From positions 65,978 through 129,977 of the forward strand of contig JAHFRU010000003.1 in NCBI GenBank assembly GCA_023266115.1: DNA of 64,000 nucleotides, in the 5' to 3' direction. Numbering within the stretch: the first letter of the stretch is position 1; each line of letters opens with the position of its first letter. Of this stretch, positions 20,637-30,689 are shown in pieces. The notes beneath the pieces were generated by a model. That model was not told the DNA's origin. It did no database searches and was given only the letters and a program-made list of their open reading frames with translations. Source of the stretch: Gammaproteobacteria bacterium. Lineage in GTDB: Bacteria > Pseudomonadota > Gammaproteobacteria > VBWC01. A program made the translations under genes and the position numbers.

Positions 20637-20675
20637 AAAAAAAGGCGAAAAGGCACGAGCTTTTCGCCTTTTTTT
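20637..20675. terminator. Bidirectional terminator between H1-like gene and ilvA
   Basis: A7-GGCGAAAAG..CTTTTCGCC-T7. Confidence 0.85.
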
Positions 20676-20702
20676 CGCCTCGCGATCCGGGGTCTGGTAT
20701 CG

Positions 20703-22223
20703 CTAACTACTGCTTAAAAACAGCTGATAGGCGGGGTTGCCGGTTTCATCGCGACAGGTGTAACCGAGCTTATTGAGGAACGCATCGAACTGCTTGCGAT
20801 CTGCCGGCGGTACCTGAACACCCATCAATACACGGCCGTAGGCCGCACCATGATTCCGGTAGTGAAACAGGCTGATGTTCCAGCGTTCGCTCATGCAGGT
20901 CAGAAATTGCAGCAGCGCGCCCGGTCGTTCGGGAAATTCAAACCGGTAGAGAATTTCGTTCTCTATCCCCGGGGCTGTGCCACCCACCATGTAACGGACG
21001 TGCAGCTTGGCCATTTCGTTGTCGGTCATGTCGACCACCTGGTACTTCAGGCGGCGCAGGTGTTTGACCAGTTCTTCCCGCTCGTTTTTGCCAGCGGCCA
21101 GCTCGATGCCAGCGAACACGTGCGCCTGACGGTTATCCATGTAACGATAATTGAATTCCGTAAAGGCGCGTTTGCCGATGGCCTTGCAGAACGTGTAGAA
21201 GCTGCCGGGCTGCTCCGGAATCGTCACGGCCAGCAGCGCTTCGCGCCGCTCGCCGAGTTCCGCGCGTTCGGCGACGTAGCGCAGCCGGTCGAAGTTGATG
21301 TTCGCCCCGCTGTCGATCGCCACCAGGTGCTGGTCCTTGACGCCGCTACGCTCGACGTATTTCTTGAGGCCAGCCACGGCCAGTGCGCCCGCCGGTTCCG
21401 CGATCGAGCGGGTATCCTCGAAAATATCCATTATGGCCGCGCAGATCTCGTCGCTGCTGACCAGGATGACTTCATCGACGCACTTGCGGGCAAGCCGGAA
21501 TGTCTCCTTGCCGACCTGCCGCACCGCGACGCCGTCGGCGAAGATGCCGACCTGATCCAGGACTACGCGTTTGCCGTGGCGCAAGGCCTGTTCCATGCTG
21601 GGCGCGTCGTCCGGCTCGACACCGATCACCTTGATATCCGGTCGCAGGTATTTCGCATAGGTGCCGACGCCGGCAATCAGGCCACCACCACCGACGGGCA
21701 CAAAGATGGCGTGTACGTTGCCGGTGTGCTGGTGGAATATCTCCCGGGCGATGGTGCCCTGGCCGGCAATGACATCCGGATCGTCATAGGGGTGGATAAA
21801 CGTCAGCTTCTTCTGCTTCGCGAGTTCCTGGGCGTGCTGGTACGCGTCGTCATAATAGTCGCCGAACAACACGATTTTTGCACCGAAATCGCGTACTGCG
21901 GACACCTTGATAGGCGGGGTCGTCGTCGGCATCACAATCAAGGCCTTGATGCCGAGCCGTTGTGCCGACATGGCGACGCCCTGGGCATGATTGCCCGCCG
22001 ACGCGGCGATGACCCCGCGGCCGCGCTCGGCCGGCGTCAGATTGACCAGCTTGTTATAGGCACCGCGCAGCTTGAACGAAAAGACCGGCTGCAGATCCTC
22101 GCGCTTCAGCAAAACGTGGTTGCCAAGATTTCGGGACAGCTTGGGCATCGGATCGAGCGGGGTCTCCACGGCAATGTCGTAAACCCGTGCGTCCAGTATT
22201 TTCTTGATGTATTGGTCAGTCAT
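20703..22223 (-). CDS. ilvA: Threonine ammonia-lyase, biosynthetic
   Basis: KREDLQPVFSFKLRGAYN, SAGNHAQG, two ACT domains (PEQPGSF, FPERPGAL). Confidence 0.96.
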   Translation of the reverse strand: MTDQYIKKILDARVYDIAVETPLDPMPKLSRNLGNHVLLKREDLQPVFSFKLRGAYNKLVNLTPAERGRGVIAASAGNHAQGVAMSAQRLGIKALIVMPTTTPPIKVSAVRDFGAKIVLFGDYYDDAYQHAQELAKQKKLTFIHPYDDPDVIAGQGTIAREIFHQHTGNVHAIFVPVGGGGLIAGVGTYAKYLRPDIKVIGVEPDDAPSMEQALRHGKRVVLDQVGIFADGVAVRQVGKETFRLARKCVDEVILVSSDEICAAIMDIFEDTRSIAEPAGALAVAGLKKYVERSGVKDQHLVAIDSGANINFDRLRYVAERAELGERREALLAVTIPEQPGSFYTFCKAIGKRAFTEFNYRYMDNRQAHVFAGIELAAGKNEREELVKHLRRLKYQVVDMTDNEMAKLHVRYMVGGTAPGIENEILYRFEFPERPGALLQFLTCMSERWNISLFHYRNHGAAYGRVLMGVQVPPADRKQFDAFLNKLGYTCRDETGNPAYQLFLSSS

Positions 22224-22400
22224 GGCGCCAAATCTATCATCAGCATGACGCCGCTGTCAGTGTTTGCGAAGAATAATTGCGTTTTTCCGGCAGCGACATG
22301 CCATCGGTATCGGGCCAGGCAAACGATTGCCGGCTCTTTTCACGCGTCAGCGACGAAGGGTATGATTCGTTGAACGGGTACGGTGATTTCGGGGGAGCGA

Positions 22401-23057
22401 ATGACTAAGGACGAAATGAAACAGGCAGTCGCGGAAGCGGCGCTGACCTATGTCGAAGCGGGGACGATCATTGGCGTCGGGACCGGGTCCACGGCCAATT
22501 TCTTCATCGACGCGCTGGCGCGCATCAAGAACCGCATCGACGGCACGGTGGCCAGCTCGCTGGCGACGGAAAAGCGGCTCAAGTCGCACGGCATCCCGGT
22601 GCTTGAGCTCAACGAGGTCGACGGCCTGTCGGTCTACGTCGACGGCGCCGACGAGTCCAATCACTACCTGCAACTGATCAAGGGTGGCGGCGGGGCGCTG
22701 ACGCGCGAAAAGATCGTCGCCGCGGCGAGCCGCAAGTTCGTCTGCATCGCCGACGAATCCAAGCTGGTCGACATGCTCGGCGCGTTCCCGCTGCCGATCG
22801 AGGTCATCCCGATGGCGCGCAGCTTCGTCGCGCGCGAAATGGTCAAGCTCGGCGGCAAACCGGTGTACCGCGAAGGCTTCACGACCGACAACGGCAACGT
22901 GATTATCGACGTCCACAACCTCGAAATCATGGAACCCGCGAAGCTCGAGGCCGAACTCAACAACATTCCCGGCGTCGTCACCAACGGATTATTCGCCCTG
23001 CGTCCGGCCGATGTGTTGTTGCTGGGTACGCCGAACGGTGTCCGAACGGTTACCTGA
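22401..23057 (+). CDS. rpiA: Ribose-5-phosphate isomerase A
   Basis: [23 protein letters not shown]. Confidence 0.96.
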   Translation: MTKDEMKQAVAEAALTYVEAGTIIGVGTGSTANFFIDALARIKNRIDGTVASSLATEKRLKSHGIPVLELNEVDGLSVYVDGADESNHYLQLIKGGGGALTREKIVAAASRKFVCIADESKLVDMLGAFPLPIEVIPMARSFVAREMVKLGGKPVYREGFTTDNGNVIIDVHNLEIMEPAKLEAELNNIPGVVTNGLFALRPADVLLLGTPNGVRTVT

Positions 23058-23065
23058 CCGGGCAC

Positions 23066-23119
23066 ATCCGGCGCAATGCGCTGCGCTTATTGAGCCCTAC
23101 GCGGGCTTATTGCTCCTAC
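23066..23119 (-). repeat. GTAG-family REP (left arm) plus partial duplicate
   Basis: ATCCGGCGCAATGCGCTGCGCTTATTGAGCCCTAC (23066-23100), inverted copy of 23789-23823; GCTTATTGCTCCTAC at 23105-23119. Confidence 0.85.
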
Positions 23120-23137
23120 GTGACCAGGTGACTGATT

Positions 23138-23785
23138 ATGCCGTTGGATCGTAATACGTTTATTCCTCGACGGCTCGAAGACGTGGACACCCTGCCAGGA
23201 ATAACAGTCTTGTCCAGGACATATTTTCGCGTCGCTAACGAGCTATGCGAAAACTTAAATAAAGGAGATGGAAAACATCCTGGCCACTTTTATGTATTCC
23301 CAGCCGTCATGTTGTATAGCGCGTCCATCGAAGCGTATTTTCAGGAGCGGCTATCAATAGCTCGGTACCTTACTCATCTCCCGGAAGCTGATGCGAAGCT
23401 TGACGCGCTTCGTGACCGAACATCCCTCTATCGAGATTTTAAACCATGGCTTCAAGAGGTATACCGGTTCTTTGATAGGGGAGGCGAAGGATTTGATTTG
23501 AATTCGGAAGAGTATCGGAATGTTATTGCACTCCAAGAATTGCGAAATACTATTCTTCACTACAATCCCGCGTTCATAGAGCACGTTCATTGGCCTGTGA
23601 ATCTCCAGGAAGCGGTACGTAGGAGTAAGATCGAAATACTTAATGCCGGCTGGGTAACCAATTTGTCTTCTCCACCTGTCGCCAAATGGGCACACGACTC
23701 CGTGCGTACCGCTCTAGAGTTATTTGCTGGGCTGTCAGGCGTAGAGGATGTCTTTTCTTGTGCTGAACCATTCAAGTGGGAATAG
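23138..23785 (+). CDS. Hypothetical protein with HEPN-like RNase motif
   Basis: Helical; AVMLYSASIEAYF and LQELRNTILH (R-x4-H); AT-richer codon usage than neighbours. Confidence 0.65.
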   Translation: MPLDRNTFIPRRLEDVDTLPGITVLSRTYFRVANELCENLNKGDGKHPGHFYVFPAVMLYSASIEAYFQERLSIARYLTHLPEADAKLDALRDRTSLYRDFKPWLQEVYRFFDRGGEGFDLNSEEYRNVIALQELRNTILHYNPAFIEHVHWPVNLQEAVRRSKIEILNAGWVTNLSSPPVAKWAHDSVRTALELFAGLSGVEDVFSCAEPFKWE

Positions 23786-23788
23786 TTG

Positions 23789-23823
23789 GTAGGGTGCAAT
23801 AAGCGCAGCGCATTGCACCGGAT
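23789..23823 (+). repeat. GTAG-family REP (right arm)
   Basis: GTAGGGTGCAATAAGCGCAGCGCATTGCACCGGAT; 32/35 match to reverse complement of left arm. Confidence 0.85.
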
Positions 23824-23834
23824 TTTTTAGAATC

Positions 23835-24047
23835 ATGGCGATGAACATTCAACGCCTGCTAATCACAATCGGAGTTTTACTAATGATCCTCGGCCTGATC
23901 TGGCCGTGGCTGCAGAAGTTGGGCTTAGGCAGGTTACCGGGAGATGTCGCGGTCGAGCGGGACAATTTCCAGTTCTATTTTCCGGTCATGACGTCAATCA
24001 TCGTCAGCCTGGTGCTGACGCTGCTGTTCTGGTTGTTTCGCAAATAG
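23835..24047 (+). CDS. DUF2905 small membrane protein
   Basis: LGRLPGDV..FYFPVMTSIIVSLVLTLL. Confidence 0.88.
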   Translation: MAMNIQRLLITIGVLLMILGLIWPWLQKLGLGRLPGDVAVERDNFQFYFPVMTSIIVSLVLTLLFWLFRK

Positions 24048-24094
24048 TCCGGCGGGGATCAGGGCGCGCCGATGCGGCGACGCGCCCTGATGAC

Positions 24095-26407
24095 TCAATT
24101 GCTGGCGGCCGCCGCTTCCCTGGCCTTTTGCACGGTAATGCGCGGCGAGGTGTCGTTGTCGTCGACCGACAATACGAAATGGCCGTCGGCTTCGAGGCTG
24201 CCGGCGAGTTTGCGTGCGGACTCCGGCGAGTCGACGATGAACTCGACGACATTGCCGACATCCAGCGTCTTCAGCGCGTTGCGGGCCTTGACGTAGTGCA
24301 GCGGGCAACCATAGGTCGACAGATCGATCTCGCGGACCTGCGAGGCATGCGCCGGCTGTGACGACGGCAGCGAGGCCGACAGGTCGAGTTGCTTGTCGAT
24401 GTTCTGGCAAAAGGCAGCTGCATCGCGCATCCACTGATCGGTATCGGCCGATAGCTTCAGATAGGCCGCGTTATCGAGTGATGCCTTCAATTTTTCGCTT
24501 TCGCCAATAATCGCGGCAAGCCGGCGGCCCATGTCGGCGCCGTTCGGCGCCGCGGTTTGCAGCGACGCGGCGACAGCTGCCGGCGTTTCTTCCTGCTTCA
24601 GGCCCGAAACGAATAGCAGCGATTGGCCGACCAGCCGGCCGATCTGCTCAATGCATTCGATGGCCTCGGGAAACTTGCGCTGGGCCGCAAACGAATTGCG
24701 GCAGTCGCGCTCATAGCTGGCCTCGGAGAAACGTGACGCCACCAGATCCTGCGCGGCACCGGCGCATTCGCCGCCACCGAGTTGCAACACCTTGAACGCC
24801 GCCTGGTCGCCGTGATCGTGCAGTACCGAGGGAACTTCTTCGGCTGCGACGGCGGTCAGGTCCTGCAACAGTTCGGTGAAATACTCCTTACCTTTGCGGC
24901 GTGTCCAGTTGAAGAACGTCTCGTCGTTGTTGCGGTCGTCGTCAAACGTATCCTCGACGCGCTGGATCGCGGCCTCCACGCGCGCCGTCGGCAAGGACGG
25001 GCCCTTGAAGCCGATGCCGCCGCCGTTACGGCCGTCGCCGCCGAAGTACATCTGATAGTGCGGGATCAGCTTGCCGTGCAGGCGCTTGCCTTCGCCGTAA
25101 ATGCCGATGTCGCCGGACTCCGGTTGTGCGCAGCCGTTGTGGCAGCCGCTCGCGCGGATGCGCAGGTCGTGTTTGCCGCCGCTAAGCTTGGGGCCGATGA
25201 TGGTCGACGATGTGATCCCGAGGCGGCAGGTCGATGTGCCGGGGCACGCGACCACGTCGTCACCGGTCCTGGGCTCTCCCAGACCGAGTTTGCCGAGAGC
25301 GTCGCGTATCGCTGTGACGCGATCGGTCGGTACGTTGCACAGCGCCAGGTTCTGGTCCTGCGTCGCGCGGATATCGTCCAACCGTTCCTTTTCCATCATG
25401 GCGGCAATGCCGCGCAGCTGCGCGATGGTGACATCGCCGATCGGCAGGCTGATCGGGAAGATACTCAGGCCGTTCTGTTTCTGGCCGAGCAGCTGGCGCG
25501 GCGCGCCCGCGACCACGCGCACGTTGCCGTCCGCGCCTTTCTTCCAGGCGCTCATCATATGCGGCTGGTTCGCATAGGCGAGCCGCGTGCGTGCGACTTC
25601 TTCCTGATACTTTTCAACAAATCCTTCCGGCCCGAAGCGGTCAACCAGGAACTTGATACGCGCCTTGGCGCGGCGTTTGCGATCCGAATAGCGGTGGTGC
25701 AGCGATATCACCGCCTCCATGACCGGCAGCAGATCTTTCTCTTCAATAAATTCCTCGACTGTAACCGCTTCGTGCGGCTTGTGGCCGAGGCCGCCGCCGG
25801 CCATGACCTTGAAGCCAAAACGGCCGTCTTTATGCCGCGCGACGACGGCGAGGTCATGAATCATGCCCTGCGCGCAATCGGACTCGCAGCCGGAGAAACT
25901 GATCTTGAACTTGCGCGGCAGATGCTGCGTCAGCGGATGGCGCAGAAAACGGTTGGCGGCGCCGTGCGCCAGCGGTGTGACGTCGGTATGTTCGTGCGGG
26001 CAGACGCCGGCGAGCGCGCAGGCGGATATGTTGCGCACGGTGTTGCCGCAGGCTTCGCGTGTCGTCAGGCCGGCTTCGCCGATGCGGCGCATCACGGCCG
26101 GCGTGTCTTTCAGCGGGATGTAATGAACCTGAAAATCCTGACGGGTCGTGACGTGCGCCGTGCCGTGCTGCGAATACGTCTCGACGACATCCGCCACCGC
26201 CCGCAGCTGGTCCGGTTTGAGGCCGCCGCCGGGCAGTTTGATGCGCACCATCTGTACGCCGTCCTGTCGCTGGCCGTAAATGCCGTGCTGCAGACGAAAT
26301 GCCATGAAACGTTCGCCGTCCATGCCACCGTCGAGGAACGAACGGACGTTATCCTCGTAACGATCGATCTCGTCGTAATTCACCAGGCTGACTACTTTTT
26401 CATCCAT
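24095..26407 (-). CDS. Siroheme sulfite/nitrite reductase with C-terminal TusA-like domain
   Basis: HGIYGQRQ, TTRQDFQ, LPRKFKI, CPGTSTC..SGCHNGC ligands; C-terminal IDLSTYGCPLHYVK. Confidence 0.88.
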   Translation of the reverse strand: MDEKVVSLVNYDEIDRYEDNVRSFLDGGMDGERFMAFRLQHGIYGQRQDGVQMVRIKLPGGGLKPDQLRAVADVVETYSQHGTAHVTTRQDFQVHYIPLKDTPAVMRRIGEAGLTTREACGNTVRNISACALAGVCPHEHTDVTPLAHGAANRFLRHPLTQHLPRKFKISFSGCESDCAQGMIHDLAVVARHKDGRFGFKVMAGGGLGHKPHEAVTVEEFIEEKDLLPVMEAVISLHHRYSDRKRRAKARIKFLVDRFGPEGFVEKYQEEVARTRLAYANQPHMMSAWKKGADGNVRVVAGAPRQLLGQKQNGLSIFPISLPIGDVTIAQLRGIAAMMEKERLDDIRATQDQNLALCNVPTDRVTAIRDALGKLGLGEPRTGDDVVACPGTSTCRLGITSSTIIGPKLSGGKHDLRIRASGCHNGCAQPESGDIGIYGEGKRLHGKLIPHYQMYFGGDGRNGGGIGFKGPSLPTARVEAAIQRVEDTFDDDRNNDETFFNWTRRKGKEYFTELLQDLTAVAAEEVPSVLHDHGDQAAFKVLQLGGGECAGAAQDLVASRFSEASYERDCRNSFAAQRKFPEAIECIEQIGRLVGQSLLFVSGLKQEETPAAVAASLQTAAPNGADMGRRLAAIIGESEKLKASLDNAAYLKLSADTDQWMRDAAAFCQNIDKQLDLSASLPSSQPAHASQVREIDLSTYGCPLHYVKARNALKTLDVGNVVEFIVDSPESARKLAGSLEADGHFVLSVDDNDTSPRITVQKAREAAAASN

Positions 26408-26467
26408 CACTAATCTCCGGGGGACTGACGGGCGCGGAAAAGGCGCCGATTATACGTCAATTGCCGT

Positions 26468-27250
26468 CTACGCTAGAACAAATTTGAAGCCAATCAACAT
26501 CAAAACGCTGGCCAGTAACGGTCGGGTCACGCGCTCGGGTATCACTGCTCCCAGATGGCTGCCGAGGTAGATTCCCGGCAGGGAGCCCAGTAACAACGCG
26601 CCAAGTAATGAAAAATCCACATTGCCGAGGTGCAGGTGCCCGAGGCCGGCGACCAGCGTCAGCGGCACCGCATGGGCGATGTCCGTGCCTACAATATGGA
26701 TAACCGGTAGCCGCGGGTACAGGAAAAACAGCATCGCGACCCCCAGCGCCCCGGCGCCTACCGAGGATATCGGCACCAGTACACCTAATAAGACACCGGC
26801 GAGGACCGTGATCGCGGCGCGACGGGCGGCAAGCCGGGGGGCGCTCGCCGCGAGCCGAGTGCCGAGCTGTTGAATCCGCTGTTTGAACAGGATCGCGATC
26901 GCGGTCAGGATCAGCGCCACCCCCAGTCCGCTGGTGATCAGCGTGTCGACCTTCCAGCCCTTCGCGCCAATAACGCTAAGAAAATAAACGGTTGCCAGCG
27001 CGGTGGGCACACTGCCGCTGGCGAGCAGACGTACGATGCGCCAGTTTACGGTCGAACGACGCGCATGCGCCCAGATGCCGCCGGTCTTGGTGATTGCGGC
27101 AAACAGCAGGTCTGTGCCGACGGCAAGCGCGGGTTGGATGCCGAAAACGAAGATCAGCAGCGGCGTCATCAGCGAACCTCCGCCGACGCCGGTCAATCCG
27201 ATGAGCGCGCCGACCAGGAATCCCGACGCGGTATACCCCCAATCCATCAT
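26468..27250 (-). CDS. TauE/SafE (TSUP) sulfur-anion transporter
   Basis: GLTGVGGGSLMTP, AVGTDL, VGTDIAHAVPL. Confidence 0.9.
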   Translation of the reverse strand: MMDWGYTASGFLVGALIGLTGVGGGSLMTPLLIFVFGIQPALAVGTDLLFAAITKTGGIWAHARRSTVNWRIVRLLASGSVPTALATVYFLSVIGAKGWKVDTLITSGLGVALILTAIAILFKQRIQQLGTRLAASAPRLAARRAAITVLAGVLLGVLVPISSVGAGALGVAMLFFLYPRLPVIHIVGTDIAHAVPLTLVAGLGHLHLGNVDFSLLGALLLGSLPGIYLGSHLGAVIPERVTRPLLASVLMLIGFKFVLA

Positions 27251-27413
27251 AGGTCCAAGGCATCCATGAGTTTCAGTAATTCAGGAACAATGGGTGGCCG
27301 TTCATGTGATCGGACCCGTCAGGCCCGAAATATACCAAAGTGCCTATATCATAGGAACTGCCAATAACTGCTATATTAATCATCTTTACGTATATCGGTC
27401 AGGATCCGCGATT

Positions 27414-28334
27414 ATGAAACTGCAACAGCTGAGGTATGTCCGTGAGGTTGCCCGTTGCGGGTTGAGTGTATCTGCCGCTGCGGCCGCGTTGCATACGGCC
27501 CAGCCGGGCGTCAGCAACCAGATACGCCTGCTGGAGGAAGAACTCAACGTCCAGATCTTCGAGCGTAACGGCAAACGTTTTGTCGGCGTCACGCAGCCGG
27601 GGCGCGCGATACTTGCCAAGGCCGAGCGGATATTGAGCGAGGTCGACAATATCCGCCAGATCGGTTTCGAGTTCACCGACGAGGCACAGGGCAATCTGTC
27701 GATCGCGACGACACACACGCAGGCCCGTTATGCATTGCCGCCAGTGATCAAGAGATTCACGGAGCAATATCCCAACGTGCGGTTGAGTCTGCATCAAGGC
27801 AGTCCGACGCAGATTTCCGACATGGTGGTATCGGGCGTGGCGGACATCGCGATTGCGACCGAAGCGATCCATTTGTTCGCGGATTTGGTGATGCTGCCAT
27901 GTTACGAGTGGAACCGCTGTGTGGTCACGACGCCCGGTCACCCGCTGCTCGACGAACAGCCGTTGACGCTGGAAGCGATCGCGAAGTATCCCGTTGTGAC
28001 CTATGACTTTGCGTTTGCGGGCCGCTCGAAGATCAACCAGGCGTTCGAGGAACGCCATCTGAAACCCAATGTCGTGCTGACAGCGATCGATTCCGATGTG
28101 ATCAAGACGTATGTGGAACTGGGGTTGGGCGTCGGGCTGCTGGCGTCGATGGCGTTTAATCCGAAGAAGGATACCGATCTGCGCGCGATCGACGCGGGTC
28201 ATCTGTTTGAACCGAGCACGACGCGCATCGGTATACGCCGGGGCGGATTTTTGCGTGGCTATATGTATGCGTTTATCGAGCTGTTTGCGCCGCACCTGGA
28301 TCGCAGGACAGTCGACGCCGCCACGCATACCTGA
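27414..28334 (+). CDS. cysB: CysB/Cbl LysR-family regulator
   Basis: MKLQQLRY, IATTHTQARYALP, DSDVIKTYVELGLG. Confidence 0.88.
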   Translation: MKLQQLRYVREVARCGLSVSAAAAALHTAQPGVSNQIRLLEEELNVQIFERNGKRFVGVTQPGRAILAKAERILSEVDNIRQIGFEFTDEAQGNLSIATTHTQARYALPPVIKRFTEQYPNVRLSLHQGSPTQISDMVVSGVADIAIATEAIHLFADLVMLPCYEWNRCVVTTPGHPLLDEQPLTLEAIAKYPVVTYDFAFAGRSKINQAFEERHLKPNVVLTAIDSDVIKTYVELGLGVGLLASMAFNPKKDTDLRAIDAGHLFEPSTTRIGIRRGGFLRGYMYAFIELFAPHLDRRTVDAATHT

Positions 28335-28348
28335 CCGAAAACATCGCT

Positions 28349-30649
28349 TCAGCCGGTTTCGGATTCCTCTTCGGCGTCATGCGGCACGGCGTAGCCGCAT
28401 TCCTTTTGCGGGCAGACCTTCTCGCCCCCGCGGCGTTTTGTCGTCTTGATGGTCAGCATCGGCCAGCTGCATGACGGACAGACCTCATTGACCGGCTCAT
28501 TCCATACCGCATATTTGCATTTCGGATAGTTGGCGCACGAATAAAAGATCTTGCCGTTGCGCGATTTGCGTTTCAGCATCGTGCCCTTGTGGCATTCGGG
28601 GCATTCGACGCCGGTATCCGCCGGCTTCTCCAGCGGTTCCATGTGATTGCAGTTCGGATAGGCGCTGCAACCGATGAATTTCCCGTAACGGCCATGGCGC
28701 ACCACCAGTGCCGATGAGCACTTCGGACAGGTGCGTCCCTCTACGACCTCGGCCTCAGGGGTATCGGAGTCATCGCCCAGATTACGTGTGTAGTCGCATT
28801 CCGGGAACGCGGAACAGCCGACGAAGCGGCCCCGGCGGCCAAGCCGTATGGTCAGGGTCTTGCCGCACTTGGGACACAGCTCGTCGAGCGCTTCCTGTGT
28901 CACGTCCTTGCGTTGGACATTCTCCTCGGTCGTATCGACGAGCTTCTTGAAGGGCGCCCAGAATTTCTTGAGAAGAGGGACCCATTCCTTTTCGCCACGC
29001 GATACCGCGTCGAGCTCGTCCTCAAGCCGTGCGGTGAAGTCATAGTCGACATAATCGAAAAAATAGGCCGTCAGAAACCTGTTGACCACATAGCCGACGT
29101 CGGTGGGCTTGAAGCGCCGCTTGTCGAGCACCACGTACTCGCGCGCGAGCAGGGTCGAGATGATCGATGCATAGGTGGATGGCCGGCCGATGCCATACTC
29201 CTCGAGCGTCTTGACCAGTGTCGCCTCTGAAAAGCGCGGCGGCGGCTCGGTGAAATGCTGCTCCGCACGGATCGCCTGTAACTGCACCTGCTGCCCGGTT
29301 TGCAGCGGTGGCAGCAGGTTCTCCTCCTCGCCGCCCTTGCTGTCGTCGACGCCTTCCTGATACACGGCCATGAAACCGGGGTCGGTGATGGTCGAACCGG
29401 TGGCGCGGAAAATATTGTCCTTGCCGGCGCCCAGGTTGACGCCGACCGTATCAATCGTTGCGTGGATCATCTGGCACGCTACTGTGCGCTTCCAGATCAG
29501 CTCATAAAGTCTGTGCTGATCCTTGGACAGATGGTCCTTGATGTCGTCGGGCTGACGACGCTCTATCGACGTCGGACGGATCGCCTCATGGGCTTCCTGG
29601 GCGTTCTTGGATTTTGTCTTATAGAGATTCGCTTCCTTTGGAAGATTGCTGTTGCCGTAGCGTTTCGCGATGTAGCTGCGGATCTCGTCGAGCGCTTCAG
29701 TCGCGAGATTCAGCGAATCGGTACGCATATAGGTGATCAGACCTTCGGCGCCATTGCCGGTATCAATCCCTTCGTACAGTTGCTGTGCGGTGCGCATCGT
29801 GCGCTGGGCATTGAAGCCGAGTTTGCGCGAGGCCTCTTGTTGCAGCGTGGAGGTCGTGAACGGCGGCGCCGGCTTGCGCTTGCGCTGTTTCTTTTCGATG
29901 TCCAGGACCGTCAGCTTGCCGCCGGCCGCCTTCAGCAGCGCATCTCTGGCCTGATGTGCCTCATCGGTTGCGGTGATGCTGAACTGGGCGATCTTCTCGC
30001 CACGGTACTGGCTGAGCTTCGCGACGAACGCGCTGTCTTTCTCCTGCGCGTCGGCCTCTATCGTCCAGTATTCACGCGGCAGGAATTTGGTTATTTCCAG
30101 CTCGCGCTCGACGATCATCCGCAACGCCGGGCTTTGCACGCGGCCAGCCGACAGCCCCGTGCGGATTTTTTTCCACAGCAGCGGCGACAGGTTGAAACCG
30201 ACCAGATAATCCAGTGCGCGCCGCGCCTGCTGGGCGTCGATCAAATCCACTGACAGCTCGCGCGGATGCTCGATTGCCTCGCGGATCGCCCGCTCGGTGA
30301 TCTCGTTGAACACTACGCGGTAGACCGTCTTTTTATTAAGCGCCTTCCGGTTCTTCAAAATCTCGTAAACATGCCACGAGATCGCTTCTCCCTCGCGGTC
30401 GGGGTCGGTTGCCAGGTAAAGTACATCGGCGCTCTTCATCGCCTTGATGATCGCATCGACATGTTTCGCGTTTTTTTCGATCAACTGATACTTCATCGCG
30501 AAGTCATGTTCGGTATCAATGGCGCCTTCCTTGGGCACCAGATCGCGGACGTGGCCGTACGACGCCAGAACCTGGAAGTCATTGCCAAGATACTTCTTCA
30601 GCGTCTTGGTCTTGGCCGGCGATTCGACGATGACGAGATTCTTACTCAT
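28349..30649 (-). CDS. topA: DNA topoisomerase I
   Basis: IVESPAK, ATDPDREGE, SAGRVQS, ITYMRTD, C-terminal zinc ribbons. Confidence 0.97.
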   Translation of the reverse strand: MSKNLVIVESPAKTKTLKKYLGNDFQVLASYGHVRDLVPKEGAIDTEHDFAMKYQLIEKNAKHVDAIIKAMKSADVLYLATDPDREGEAISWHVYEILKNRKALNKKTVYRVVFNEITERAIREAIEHPRELSVDLIDAQQARRALDYLVGFNLSPLLWKKIRTGLSAGRVQSPALRMIVERELEITKFLPREYWTIEADAQEKDSAFVAKLSQYRGEKIAQFSITATDEAHQARDALLKAAGGKLTVLDIEKKQRKRKPAPPFTTSTLQQEASRKLGFNAQRTMRTAQQLYEGIDTGNGAEGLITYMRTDSLNLATEALDEIRSYIAKRYGNSNLPKEANLYKTKSKNAQEAHEAIRPTSIERRQPDDIKDHLSKDQHRLYELIWKRTVACQMIHATIDTVGVNLGAGKDNIFRATGSTITDPGFMAVYQEGVDDSKGGEEENLLPPLQTGQQVQLQAIRAEQHFTEPPPRFSEATLVKTLEEYGIGRPSTYASIISTLLAREYVVLDKRRFKPTDVGYVVNRFLTAYFFDYVDYDFTARLEDELDAVSRGEKEWVPLLKKFWAPFKKLVDTTEENVQRKDVTQEALDELCPKCGKTLTIRLGRRGRFVGCSAFPECDYTRNLGDDSDTPEAEVVEGRTCPKCSSALVVRHGRYGKFIGCSAYPNCNHMEPLEKPADTGVECPECHKGTMLKRKSRNGKIFYSCANYPKCKYAVWNEPVNEVCPSCSWPMLTIKTTKRRGGEKVCPQKECGYAVPHDAEEESETG

Positions 30650-30689
30650 AAGAAGTCTACGAGTGGGTTTACCAACGGTTTACGAGCGG

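Noticed and set aside
20850..22373. Long antisense ORFs here and at 24782-26413, 37482-38810, 48144-49994
   Set aside because: They mirror well-identified genes; expected in high-GC DNA; no motifs.
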